Assembly (NCBI GenBank): GCA_963757905.1
Contig: CAVWSV010000016.1
Coordinates: 47,808 to 111,807, forward strand
Reading direction: 5' to 3'
Origin: an uncultured Acidobacteriota bacterium
GTDB taxonomy: Bacteria; Acidobacteriota; Terriglobia; Acidiferrales; UBA7541
Length of the DNA: 64,000 nucleotides
Shown: positions 47,561-55,162 of the stretch, in pieces
Numbering within the stretch: position 1 is the stretch's first letter
How the letters are laid out: every line of letters starts with the position of its first letter
Position numbers and translations under genes: made by a program
The notes under the pieces: generated by a model
What the model was told of the DNA's origin: nothing
Database searches by the model: none
Seen by the model: the letters and a program-made list of their open reading frames with translations, nothing else

Positions 47561-48100
47561 TTAGTGCACCTGCTTCGCTGCGATGTCCCCGATCCACGGA
47601 ATGCGAAACTCGCGCTCGCTGTAGGCCTGAAACATCAAGAACAGCCACAACACAAATATTCCCAGGCCAAACAGCCAGTCCAGCGGCAAAGCCACGGTAA
47701 GCACCCAGAATCCTCCGATGCTCACCAAAATTCCCACAAAGATGTTCCACACAATCGCGAGCGCCACGATTGCCACGTTGAGAATGATCGACTGAATCGC
47801 GTGAAAACGCACAAAGCGATTGTTTTTGTACGGCTCCAGCACCAGAAACAGCACTCCGGTAATCGCTCCCAGCGCATACGACAAAGCTGCCGCCATATTC
47901 ATGGTCAGCCCGGGCGCGCCGGCTGTGCCGGTCGCGGTTCCGCTCGAAAGGGTGCTACTGCTCACGGCGACCGCCGGAGCGGTCGAAACCGAACCGCTTG
48001 CTGGCGTGGCCGCGCTTGCTTGCGCCCTGGGTTGCCCGCAAGCTCCGCAGAACGCGCTGTCTTCCGCTACCACCGCACCACACTTAGCGCAATTTGCCAT
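47561..48100 (-). CDS. Zinc-ribbon plus DUF4870-like multi-pass membrane protein
   Basis: ATG 48100 follows AAGGAG. MANCAKCGAVVAEDSAFCGACGQP (zinc ribbon), a Ser/Thr/Ala linker, then AALSYALGAITGVLFLVLEPYKNNRFVRFHAIQSIILNV (DUF4870-type). Confidence 0.7.
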   Translation of the reverse strand: MANCAKCGAVVAEDSAFCGACGQPRAQASAATPASGSVSTAPAVAVSSSTLSSGTATGTAGAPGLTMNMAAALSYALGAITGVLFLVLEPYKNNRFVRFHAIQSIILNVAIVALAIVWNIFVGILVSIGGFWVLTVALPLDWLFGLGIFVLWLFLMFQAYSEREFRIPWIGDIAAKQVH

Positions 48101-48191
48101 GTGAAGCTCCTTTTCATCCTTTTTCGTTCGCTCGAATCCCAAGGCCCCGTTTCTTAAAACCGCGCATTCCTCCGCCTCTACTCGAGGGCAA

Positions 48192-48881
48192 CTAGCGTTT
48201 CGTCACATTGCCCTCGAAGTGTGTCCGCTTCACGCTACCGTCTTTGCCGTCTTGCTCCAGATCGATAACGTACTTGACCAGGCAGCCGCTATCCCTTGCC
48301 ACCCACGCGGATCCCACGATTTTGTAGTCCTTCACGGCCAGCAACGACAGGAAAGTAGCTTTCTGCGCTGCGGGCTCATTCGCCGTGTCGATCGAGTATT
48401 TCGTCGTGTCGTAGCCGTTGATGCTCTCCGTACGCGCTGATTTCGCGGCGTCTTGCGCAGCCACCAGTTCTCCGTGCCACGGCACCGGTCCCATTAGTCC
48501 AAAATCGATGTCCATCTCGGATACTTGCGCCCGCGCCAGATGTTTGGTATCGGTAGAAGTTTGTCCCGCGCTAGTCTCATGCTTCGTGTAGTCGATGGCC
48601 GCCGGCGTGACGTCCGCCTCCACGCTCGACGCGTCCTGCGCCGACGATTTCTCGGCGAACGACACATGGAAGGGCCCCGGCGGATTCTTGATCATCTGCT
48701 GCAGGCAAACGCTCGCGCTGGTCGGGTTGAATTTGTTTGGCTGGACCATAGCGCCAGAATTTGCGGAGCTTCCCTCAGCCTTGCTCTGCGATCCGAGATT
48801 GCATCCTGACAGCATGGCCAGCGCTGCTCCCATCGCAATCCAGATTGTCTGGAGCACAAAACGAAATTCGCGTCGTTCCAT
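48192..48881 (-). CDS. Uncharacterised lipoprotein, paralog family A (copy 4)
   Basis: AAGGAG upstream. Lipobox AMLSGC. Family motifs: PFHVSF, VEADVTPAAIDYT, INGYDTTKYSIDTA and GSAWVARDSGCLVKYVIDL. Confidence 0.65.
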   Translation of the reverse strand: MERREFRFVLQTIWIAMGAALAMLSGCNLGSQSKAEGSSANSGAMVQPNKFNPTSASVCLQQMIKNPPGPFHVSFAEKSSAQDASSVEADVTPAAIDYTKHETSAGQTSTDTKHLARAQVSEMDIDFGLMGPVPWHGELVAAQDAAKSARTESINGYDTTKYSIDTANEPAAQKATFLSLLAVKDYKIVGSAWVARDSGCLVKYVIDLEQDGKDGSVKRTHFEGNVTKR

Positions 48882-48926
48882 CGGCGCTCCTTCATCGGGC
48901 AGGCTTCTAGCGCCCTTGCCTGCTCA

Positions 48927-49442
48927 CTAATGCTTCCCCATCATCGGACAATCGCCTGTTCGTGTTCCTCTGACCGTGAACTTCAGCGACACTCCCTGGC
49001 TTGCTTTCGGCTTCACCGTCCTCACCACCGAAAATTCCGTGCCGCTCAAATTTCCTTCGACATGTACCAACCGATTCGCGCACTCTGCGTCGTACGAAAT
49101 CTTGCCGCCGACATTCCTGAATCGCTTCACCAAACAGGACTCTTCTTCTTTCGGCAGAGCAGCCATCCGGTCACTGAAAATTTTCTCCGGATTGTCCAAA
49201 TCGCGCGGCGCTATGCAGCGTGTGCCGCTCCGCGATTCGTTCTGCCTTTGGTTTTGCACCTCGTACGTAATCGTTAGCGCATACTTGCCTGGCTTCAACT
49301 GCACACTCGCGGCCGCCGCGAGGCCGCCGAACAAACTGGCGACCACAATCACCGCAGCGCCCTTCACTCCCGTGTTTCGTCCCATCATTTGCGCCGCTCG
49401 CCGTCGTTCTCGCATCTTCATGCCTTGCTCATTTGCCCTCAC
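48927..49442 (-). CDS. Exported DUF3617-like protein (second copy in the cluster)
   Basis: Hydrophobic N-terminus (GAAVIVVASLFGGLAAAASV). LKPGKYALTITYE..., spaced cysteines (TRCIAP, ESCLVKRF, DAECANR, GDCP). The start codon is uncertain: GTG 49442, or ATG 49421 or 49415. Confidence 0.5.
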   Translation of the reverse strand: MRANEQGMKMRERRRAAQMMGRNTGVKGAAVIVVASLFGGLAAAASVQLKPGKYALTITYEVQNQRQNESRSGTRCIAPRDLDNPEKIFSDRMAALPKEEESCLVKRFRNVGGKISYDAECANRLVHVEGNLSGTEFSVVRTVKPKASQGVSLKFTVRGTRTGDCPMMGKH

Positions 49443-49445
49443 GCA

Positions 49446-50513
49446 TTACTGGGCGTTGTCGGAGACTTGGAACGACCACAACGAATTGAACATCATTCCG
49501 CCTCGTTGGTTACGCGCCACATCTCCGCCCGAAAATTTCTCGGTCTTCGAAACTGGCCGCAGCACCACCGCATATTCGCCCGGCAAGAGCGCTGACTGCG
49601 GTGACATCTGGTATTCACCTGCTGCGGTTTTTTGCAGGTTCACGGCGACGCGATCCTCCACGAACGACGAATAGATTTCCCAGTCCGCGGCATCGTGCGA
49701 ACGGACGTCTTCTTTGCCCCGCGTCGCGCCTACCAGGCGGCAGGTATTCTGCGCGGGCGTCAGCCTTACAATCTCCGGAGCGAACTCATTCGGATTCACG
49801 CCGGGGGCTTTTGCGAAACTCACAGAAAACTTCGGCATGGTTGTTTGCAGTACGTTCGACGACGCCGGGCCCGGCACGCCCCACACGTACGTGACCGTCG
49901 GCTGGCGTCGCGACATCATCCCTCCAAAAATACCTCCCGCCTGTTCCACGGCCGAGCCACCGACAGCCGAATTCATGTGCGACGCTGCGCTCCACGTTGC
50001 GTCATTGACGCCGGCTTGAATGCCTTGCGTCACCGCGGAATCCCCAGCCAAGCTGGCCATGGAGGTCGGTTTCGTCTTCGTCTCCGCCAGTTGTGTTTTC
50101 TCCAGCGGCAGCGCTTGCGAACCGCCACTCTGCAGAACCGCTACCGAGGGCATCTGCCATCTTGGCCCCGGCACAGCAGCGGGCGCCGCAGTCCCGGCTC
50201 CGGCATCCGCATTCGCCGGAGCAGCAGCGGCTCCGCTTCCGTTCGCCGCCTTTTGCGCGGCCACGATTGCATCCATTTCGTTTTGTGTGACGCCGGCTTT
50301 CTGCAGTGCGATCAGCCCGTCCGGCGAAATGTCAAAATTTGCAGGGCTCGATTGAATGGTCGCCACGACGACCGATTCCGATAGCTTTGCCTTCACCATC
50401 TTGATCACGCCCGCATTCGTCAGCGGCTTCTGGGCCTGTTGCGCAGCGAGCGAAAAGGTCATGAATCCAACTACTACAAGAGTCCCGGCGACTTCAAAAA
50501 TTCGACGAATCAT
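49446..50513 (-). CDS. Exported protein with an N-terminal 'QKPLTNAGV' module (355 aa)
   Basis: AAGGAG upstream. Signal peptide, then AQQAQKPLTNAGVIKMVKAKLSESVVVATIQSSPANFDISPDGLIALQKAGVTQNEMDAI. An Ala/Gly-rich linker and a C-terminal domain of unknown function follow. Confidence 0.7.
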   Translation of the reverse strand: MIRRIFEVAGTLVVVGFMTFSLAAQQAQKPLTNAGVIKMVKAKLSESVVVATIQSSPANFDISPDGLIALQKAGVTQNEMDAIVAAQKAANGSGAAAAPANADAGAGTAAPAAVPGPRWQMPSVAVLQSGGSQALPLEKTQLAETKTKPTSMASLAGDSAVTQGIQAGVNDATWSAASHMNSAVGGSAVEQAGGIFGGMMSRRQPTVTYVWGVPGPASSNVLQTTMPKFSVSFAKAPGVNPNEFAPEIVRLTPAQNTCRLVGATRGKEDVRSHDAADWEIYSSFVEDRVAVNLQKTAAGEYQMSPQSALLPGEYAVVLRPVSKTEKFSGGDVARNQRGGMMFNSLWSFQVSDNAQ

Positions 50514-50568
50514 TTCCTAGCTCCTTTCTCCGTAGGCTTCGTGTCGCATTCCCTGACTATTTTCGCGA

Positions 50569-52605
50569 TTAATTGCCACTAGTCGGCTGTCCCGTCCAGG
50601 GATCGACACCGATTGGGCCTTTGACGTGCACTTCGAGGCTGTATCCGGAGTTGTAGTATGAGAAGTCTCTGAACAGCCCTATCCAGTAACTCGTGCAGTA
50701 GTCCACAGGCCAGTCGACAATGATTTGACTGCCTTTCTGGAAATACTGGTCAAGGCGACCCTGATACGACCAATTAACCGTATCGCCTGCTTTCATCTCA
50801 TTTATCCTAAAGTCGTCGCAGGCGCTCTGGCTCCACGTGTACCAATGCACTCCGAAATAATCGATAGCGAATCCAGGCGCCAAATAGCTTAGGTCATATG
50901 CGTCCTCGCCAGGATTGAACTGCAGTGGTCCGCCGTCGCGATCCACTGCGTTGGAGACAGCCATCGACGTCTGACCGCGTTGGGATGGATTGTTCGTGAC
51001 GCCGTCCAATGGCTCCCCGTAGTTGAAGGAGATGCACGGAAACAGGTGCATCTGACCCGGCCCTGGGCAATACATAGTGCCGAAACCGTGTTTGCCATCC
51101 CCCACTGTCTCACTCGCCAGATGCACGTAGTTTTGTGGGATGCTTGGCAAGAGCACACTTTGTCGTTGCGCATAGAAACGGCAGTTCGCAAATTTCGCAG
51201 ACGTGCTGCCCCCTGGAGGCACAACGATTAGGTCTGGCCATCCGTCCAACACACCAGTCAAGCCCGCCTGAACTTTCGCTTCGATCAGCGTAGGGGTCCA
51301 CTGGTAGACGGTCATGTTAATTCGTCCGCCAGTCACCGCACCCGAGAGGTAGACTTGCCCTCCCTCCGTGTTGCCGAACCCGCAGCCGGTGATGAAGTAG
51401 TCGTTGTATGCGGGATCCTGAGTAAAGACGACGGGCGAAGTGGCATTTTGGGCGCTGTAGACGCCGTTCACGCTGTAGATTTGCGCGGTCAAGCACATCC
51501 TCGTGTTTGCACCCTGGACCAGTTTTGGATTCGGTCCGCTCGGTGGTTGGTACTGCGCGGACGAGGTTGGCGCCTGCCGCTCAGAAGGCAATCCGACCGT
51601 TGTCGATACGACGGGACTTGTTGTCACGCCAATCGGCGTACGAGTTGTCTGGTGTTGAGCAGCCGAGCTAGGCGCCTGCTGCATCAAAGGCTTGCTCGGA
51701 GCTGAGAGAAGCGGGCCATTTGCAACAGCAGCCGGCGGGGTGGCAACCGTTGTCTTCGAGTTTGCCCCGAGCTGCGTCGAAACTGATTGCAGTTGTAACG
51801 CGCCGGACTGTTTCGGCAGAGAATCTACGAACATTTTCTCGCGTTTCAGGGCCTCGATCTCACGAACGTTCACTGCCGGTGTCTTCATGGGGACGCGCGC
51901 CAGAGATGCTTTCGCATTTCTGAAAGAAGCGAACTGCGCTTCCATCTGCAACTTGGTTTTTGCTTTTGTGGCCGCGTCCGCTGGCGGCGCAGCGTCTCTC
52001 TGAGGATTGGTCCGGGTCGGCGTGATGTTGATCACCGGCTTTTGTCCCTGCTGCGCAGTTAACGAGAAGGCTGGCTTTGCCCCAGAGGTTGACGGCGACC
52101 TCTTGCCGGACGCTTGGGCAGAGTTTGCCCAGTTCGCAAAGCCCGTGTCTTGGGTGACGCCGCGTTCCGCCGTCATCGCCTCATACTCGGTCCGTCCTGG
52201 CGCTTTCGTCGCTGCAGAAGTATTCTTCGGCGAGGACGGTAGCGGACTCAAATCGCAGGCGCCCTCTCCGCCCCGTCCATTCGTTTCTTGGCAGATCACA
52301 ATATTCTTCATAGCATTCCATACGTCTCCTATTTCGGCAGCCCAGGTGCCTGTGCTTACATTGGCGGGCTTGCTCGCGGCGCACCCTTTGTCGAAGCTAG
52401 CTCTGGCTTGATTCGAAACGTCAAACGTGGCGGGATGGGTTCGGATCGTGGTGAGGATGTCGTGCTCGGAAGTGCCGGCGCACAGTAGCGTGAGGACGTC
52501 TGCATTTGTCAGCGGCTTTTGCGTTTGCTGCGCCAGCGAAGCGCCGCAGAACGCCGTGGCGCTGAGCATCAGCGTGACCGTCAACTTCAAGTTTCTCGCA
52601 ATCAT
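50569..52605 (-). CDS. Large exported protein: 'QKPLTNADV' N-module, low-complexity linker, IPT-like segment, shared C-terminal module (678 aa)
   Basis: AAGGAG upstream. Signal peptide, then AQQTQKPLTNADVLTLLCAGTSEHDILTTI. A long Ser/Thr/Pro/Ala/Gln region follows. The C-terminus YFITGCGFGNTEGGQVYLSG... is paralogous to 52666..54948. Confidence 0.7.
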   Translation of the reverse strand: MIARNLKLTVTLMLSATAFCGASLAQQTQKPLTNADVLTLLCAGTSEHDILTTIRTHPATFDVSNQARASFDKGCAASKPANVSTGTWAAEIGDVWNAMKNIVICQETNGRGGEGACDLSPLPSSPKNTSAATKAPGRTEYEAMTAERGVTQDTGFANWANSAQASGKRSPSTSGAKPAFSLTAQQGQKPVINITPTRTNPQRDAAPPADAATKAKTKLQMEAQFASFRNAKASLARVPMKTPAVNVREIEALKREKMFVDSLPKQSGALQLQSVSTQLGANSKTTVATPPAAVANGPLLSAPSKPLMQQAPSSAAQHQTTRTPIGVTTSPVVSTTVGLPSERQAPTSSAQYQPPSGPNPKLVQGANTRMCLTAQIYSVNGVYSAQNATSPVVFTQDPAYNDYFITGCGFGNTEGGQVYLSGAVTGGRINMTVYQWTPTLIEAKVQAGLTGVLDGWPDLIVVPPGGSTSAKFANCRFYAQRQSVLLPSIPQNYVHLASETVGDGKHGFGTMYCPGPGQMHLFPCISFNYGEPLDGVTNNPSQRGQTSMAVSNAVDRDGGPLQFNPGEDAYDLSYLAPGFAIDYFGVHWYTWSQSACDDFRINEMKAGDTVNWSYQGRLDQYFQKGSQIIVDWPVDYCTSYWIGLFRDFSYYNSGYSLEVHVKGPIGVDPWTGQPTSGN

Positions 52606-52665
52606 TCTTGCTCCTTTCGCTCATCCGTGGCTTGCTCTTGCGAACCTGTCTGATCGTCGCACCGC

Positions 52666-54948
52666 TCACCACGGACTCACGCCGCGCGGGCCCCAAACGG
52701 TTATCCATAAGCTGTAAGCGGAGACGCTCGCATAATTGAGCGCACTTCCGGGGTTGCTTGCTGGCCAACAGCCCTGCTCTTGCCACGAGATTTGGACCGA
52801 TGTCGGCGAAGTGTAGTTAACGCCCCAATTCCCACTTGTTGAGAATTGTCCGTTCGGTGATGACTGGCAATCCGCGGCCGTTAGGTCTGAGTGGTACAAC
52901 TGCACGCCGTCGTTAGCCAGCCGAAATCCTGGCGCGAAATGGAATTGATAGCTGTCCGTCCCGCCCGGAAACGTATACGAGCCTGGAAGCGTAAAGCTAA
53001 TTCTGTTTCGATCGACTCCAAGGCTATGTTGCGGCGCAGTGTATATCCACGGCGTCTCATATAGCGGGAGAATCGAGCTGCCCGTCGAATCGTTAACCTT
53101 AGCCAACTGAATCGTGACCGCGCTGGACGACTGCGGCAGGGAAGCCAGCGTTTGGAAATCGTACGCCGCCGCGAAATTGGATCCCGCCGCCTGGTATAGC
53201 TGTCCGCTCGCCGTCTTCACCACCAGCGTCACGTTGTTCGTGTTGTACAACCCGCTCGCATTGGGATCGATTTGCGCCAAGATTTGCCGGTCGCTCCAAC
53301 CATTCGCCGGGATCTGAAATGTCACCCGATCCGGAAACATCGGAACGCCCAGCCGGGCCAATCGGTTTCGAGTATTGGGATAATGCACGCCGCTCAAGTA
53401 CACTTCGCCGGTCTGTGCCCCGAACCCGCATCCTTGAATCACGAACGTGCCTTCTGGCCCGGCAATCGGGTAGAAAAGCACGCCCGATTTTTGCCCGTCC
53501 ACGTTGCCGATTCCATTATTCATGCAAACCTGTGTTTGGAACTGTCTTGCCGTAGCGGCTCGCGTCATAATCGACGGAGTCGGATGCTGTCCCCCCGTCG
53601 GCTGCTGGCGCTGCGGGCCGCTAGGTGTCAATGCGGTCGCCTGTGATCCCGCGACTGTCCCGTTCGGTGTGCTGCCTTGAGCGGACATCGTCTGGCTCGG
53701 TCCCACCTGCGCCGGGGAACCCTTGGGCGGGTATGGCTGCGGATTCAAGTCATCCGCTCTCGCGCTACCCCCATTGAGCATCGTGCCGCCTTGACTTGCA
53801 CCGCCGGGCCCGTTGAGCAATGTGGGATTTTGGCTCGCGCCGCCCGCTAGTAATGTCCCGCCGTTCGCCGGTCCCGTTTGAGCTCCCACCGGTCGCACTC
53901 CACCTGTGAACGTCGTCGGCACCAATATGTGCACAGCGGCGCTCTGCCGTCGAAGTACGGCGATGATCGCGCTATTCGAACCGCCTCCAGATCCGCTAGG
54001 CGCGCTAGGCTTCGTGCCAACCTGAACGCTGTGCGCCAGGGCCTGCGTAACTATCTTGTTCTTCTGCCACGGTTGCGTGCCGCCTTGCACCGGGGGACGA
54101 GGAACTATTCCCGTCATCATGCGTCGCTGCTGCGTCGCTGCCCCAGAACCGCCGCCAGAACCAGAGTTCGACCCGCCGCGCGGTATAAGGGGTTGGAAGG
54201 TACGATTTGTTCCTGCGGTTGACCCGGGACCTCCAGAGCCACTGCCACCCGTGACCGAATGCAGGCCAGAACCGCCAGGGTTAATTCCCGGATTCAGGAC
54301 GCCAGAACCCGTGCCGCCGGAACCGCCGCCACTATTACCTATGGGTTGGCCCGAGCCACACGCATTCGCCGGCACGTGTGTTGCGACGGTAAGTACTGGG
54401 TTACTGCCGGTAAAGCGATTGAACCCGTGTCCTGCAATGCGCGCGCCCACGCCATTTCCAATGGCGGCGACCTGTAGCAAGGACATGTCCCAATTATCTG
54501 GACTTAGGAACGCTTGAGGTATCTCCCATGGCGCTGCGGGAGTAAGCACGCTCGGAAGGCTGTTGAAGTTGAAACCACCGTCAGCGATGTGAATCAACCT
54601 GAGCCCTATAATCTGGTTCGGAGGCACCGGTTGGTTGAGCGGAATGTCCACGGTGTTGGTGCTATTGTTCGGCCAGTTCTGGCTCTTATTAACGTTCAGC
54701 GCAACTTGGGGAGCCCTGCCACCGGCAAAGAGAATTTGAATGTTCAAGTTGTCTTTGCCGCCGCGCAAGTCGTCGCCGCCCGTCACGATCCGTAGCCGAA
54801 TTCGCGTCACTGCGCACGGCCCGCTGCCTCCCGCTGATCCGCCAGTGTTTTGGCCGTAAGCGGCGCTGACAAGAAAAACGCAGCAAGCAATCGCCAACAT
54901 GGCTCGCCGGAGAGATTGTGCGACTGTGTAGCCCATTGTCTGTTTCAT
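52666..54948 (-). CDS. Large exported protein: 'GGDDLRGG' beta-sandwich-like N-domain, Gly/Ser/Pro/Gln linker, IPT-like segment, shared C-terminal module (760 aa)
   Basis: The track ORF was trimmed to ATG 54948, 8 nt after GAGGAGG. Signal peptide (RRAMLAIACCVFLVSAAYGQ). RIRLRIVTGGDDLRGGKDNLNIQILF. The C-terminus FVIQGCGFGAQTGEVYLSG...WITVWGPRGVSPW is paralogous to 50569..52605. Confidence 0.7.
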   Translation of the reverse strand: MKQTMGYTVAQSLRRAMLAIACCVFLVSAAYGQNTGGSAGGSGPCAVTRIRLRIVTGGDDLRGGKDNLNIQILFAGGRAPQVALNVNKSQNWPNNSTNTVDIPLNQPVPPNQIIGLRLIHIADGGFNFNSLPSVLTPAAPWEIPQAFLSPDNWDMSLLQVAAIGNGVGARIAGHGFNRFTGSNPVLTVATHVPANACGSGQPIGNSGGGSGGTGSGVLNPGINPGGSGLHSVTGGSGSGGPGSTAGTNRTFQPLIPRGGSNSGSGGGSGAATQQRRMMTGIVPRPPVQGGTQPWQKNKIVTQALAHSVQVGTKPSAPSGSGGGSNSAIIAVLRRQSAAVHILVPTTFTGGVRPVGAQTGPANGGTLLAGGASQNPTLLNGPGGASQGGTMLNGGSARADDLNPQPYPPKGSPAQVGPSQTMSAQGSTPNGTVAGSQATALTPSGPQRQQPTGGQHPTPSIMTRAATARQFQTQVCMNNGIGNVDGQKSGVLFYPIAGPEGTFVIQGCGFGAQTGEVYLSGVHYPNTRNRLARLGVPMFPDRVTFQIPANGWSDRQILAQIDPNASGLYNTNNVTLVVKTASGQLYQAAGSNFAAAYDFQTLASLPQSSSAVTIQLAKVNDSTGSSILPLYETPWIYTAPQHSLGVDRNRISFTLPGSYTFPGGTDSYQFHFAPGFRLANDGVQLYHSDLTAADCQSSPNGQFSTSGNWGVNYTSPTSVQISWQEQGCWPASNPGSALNYASVSAYSLWITVWGPRGVSPW

Positions 54949-55162
54949 TGGTCGAGCCTCCTCAAAGGGGCTTTCGGCAAATCCATATGCCGAAATACCG
55001 GAACACTGCCGCGGCGTCAAACGACGAGCCTCGGACGATTCTGTGACTTGGTAATTTCCTGAAAAATAAGGTGTTGTCGACTCCCATGACCTGACTCCTC
55101 ACCATGCAATTAAGTCGTGGTATACTCGGCGCCAAAGATCACAGTTTTTTGTGCGAGGCCGC

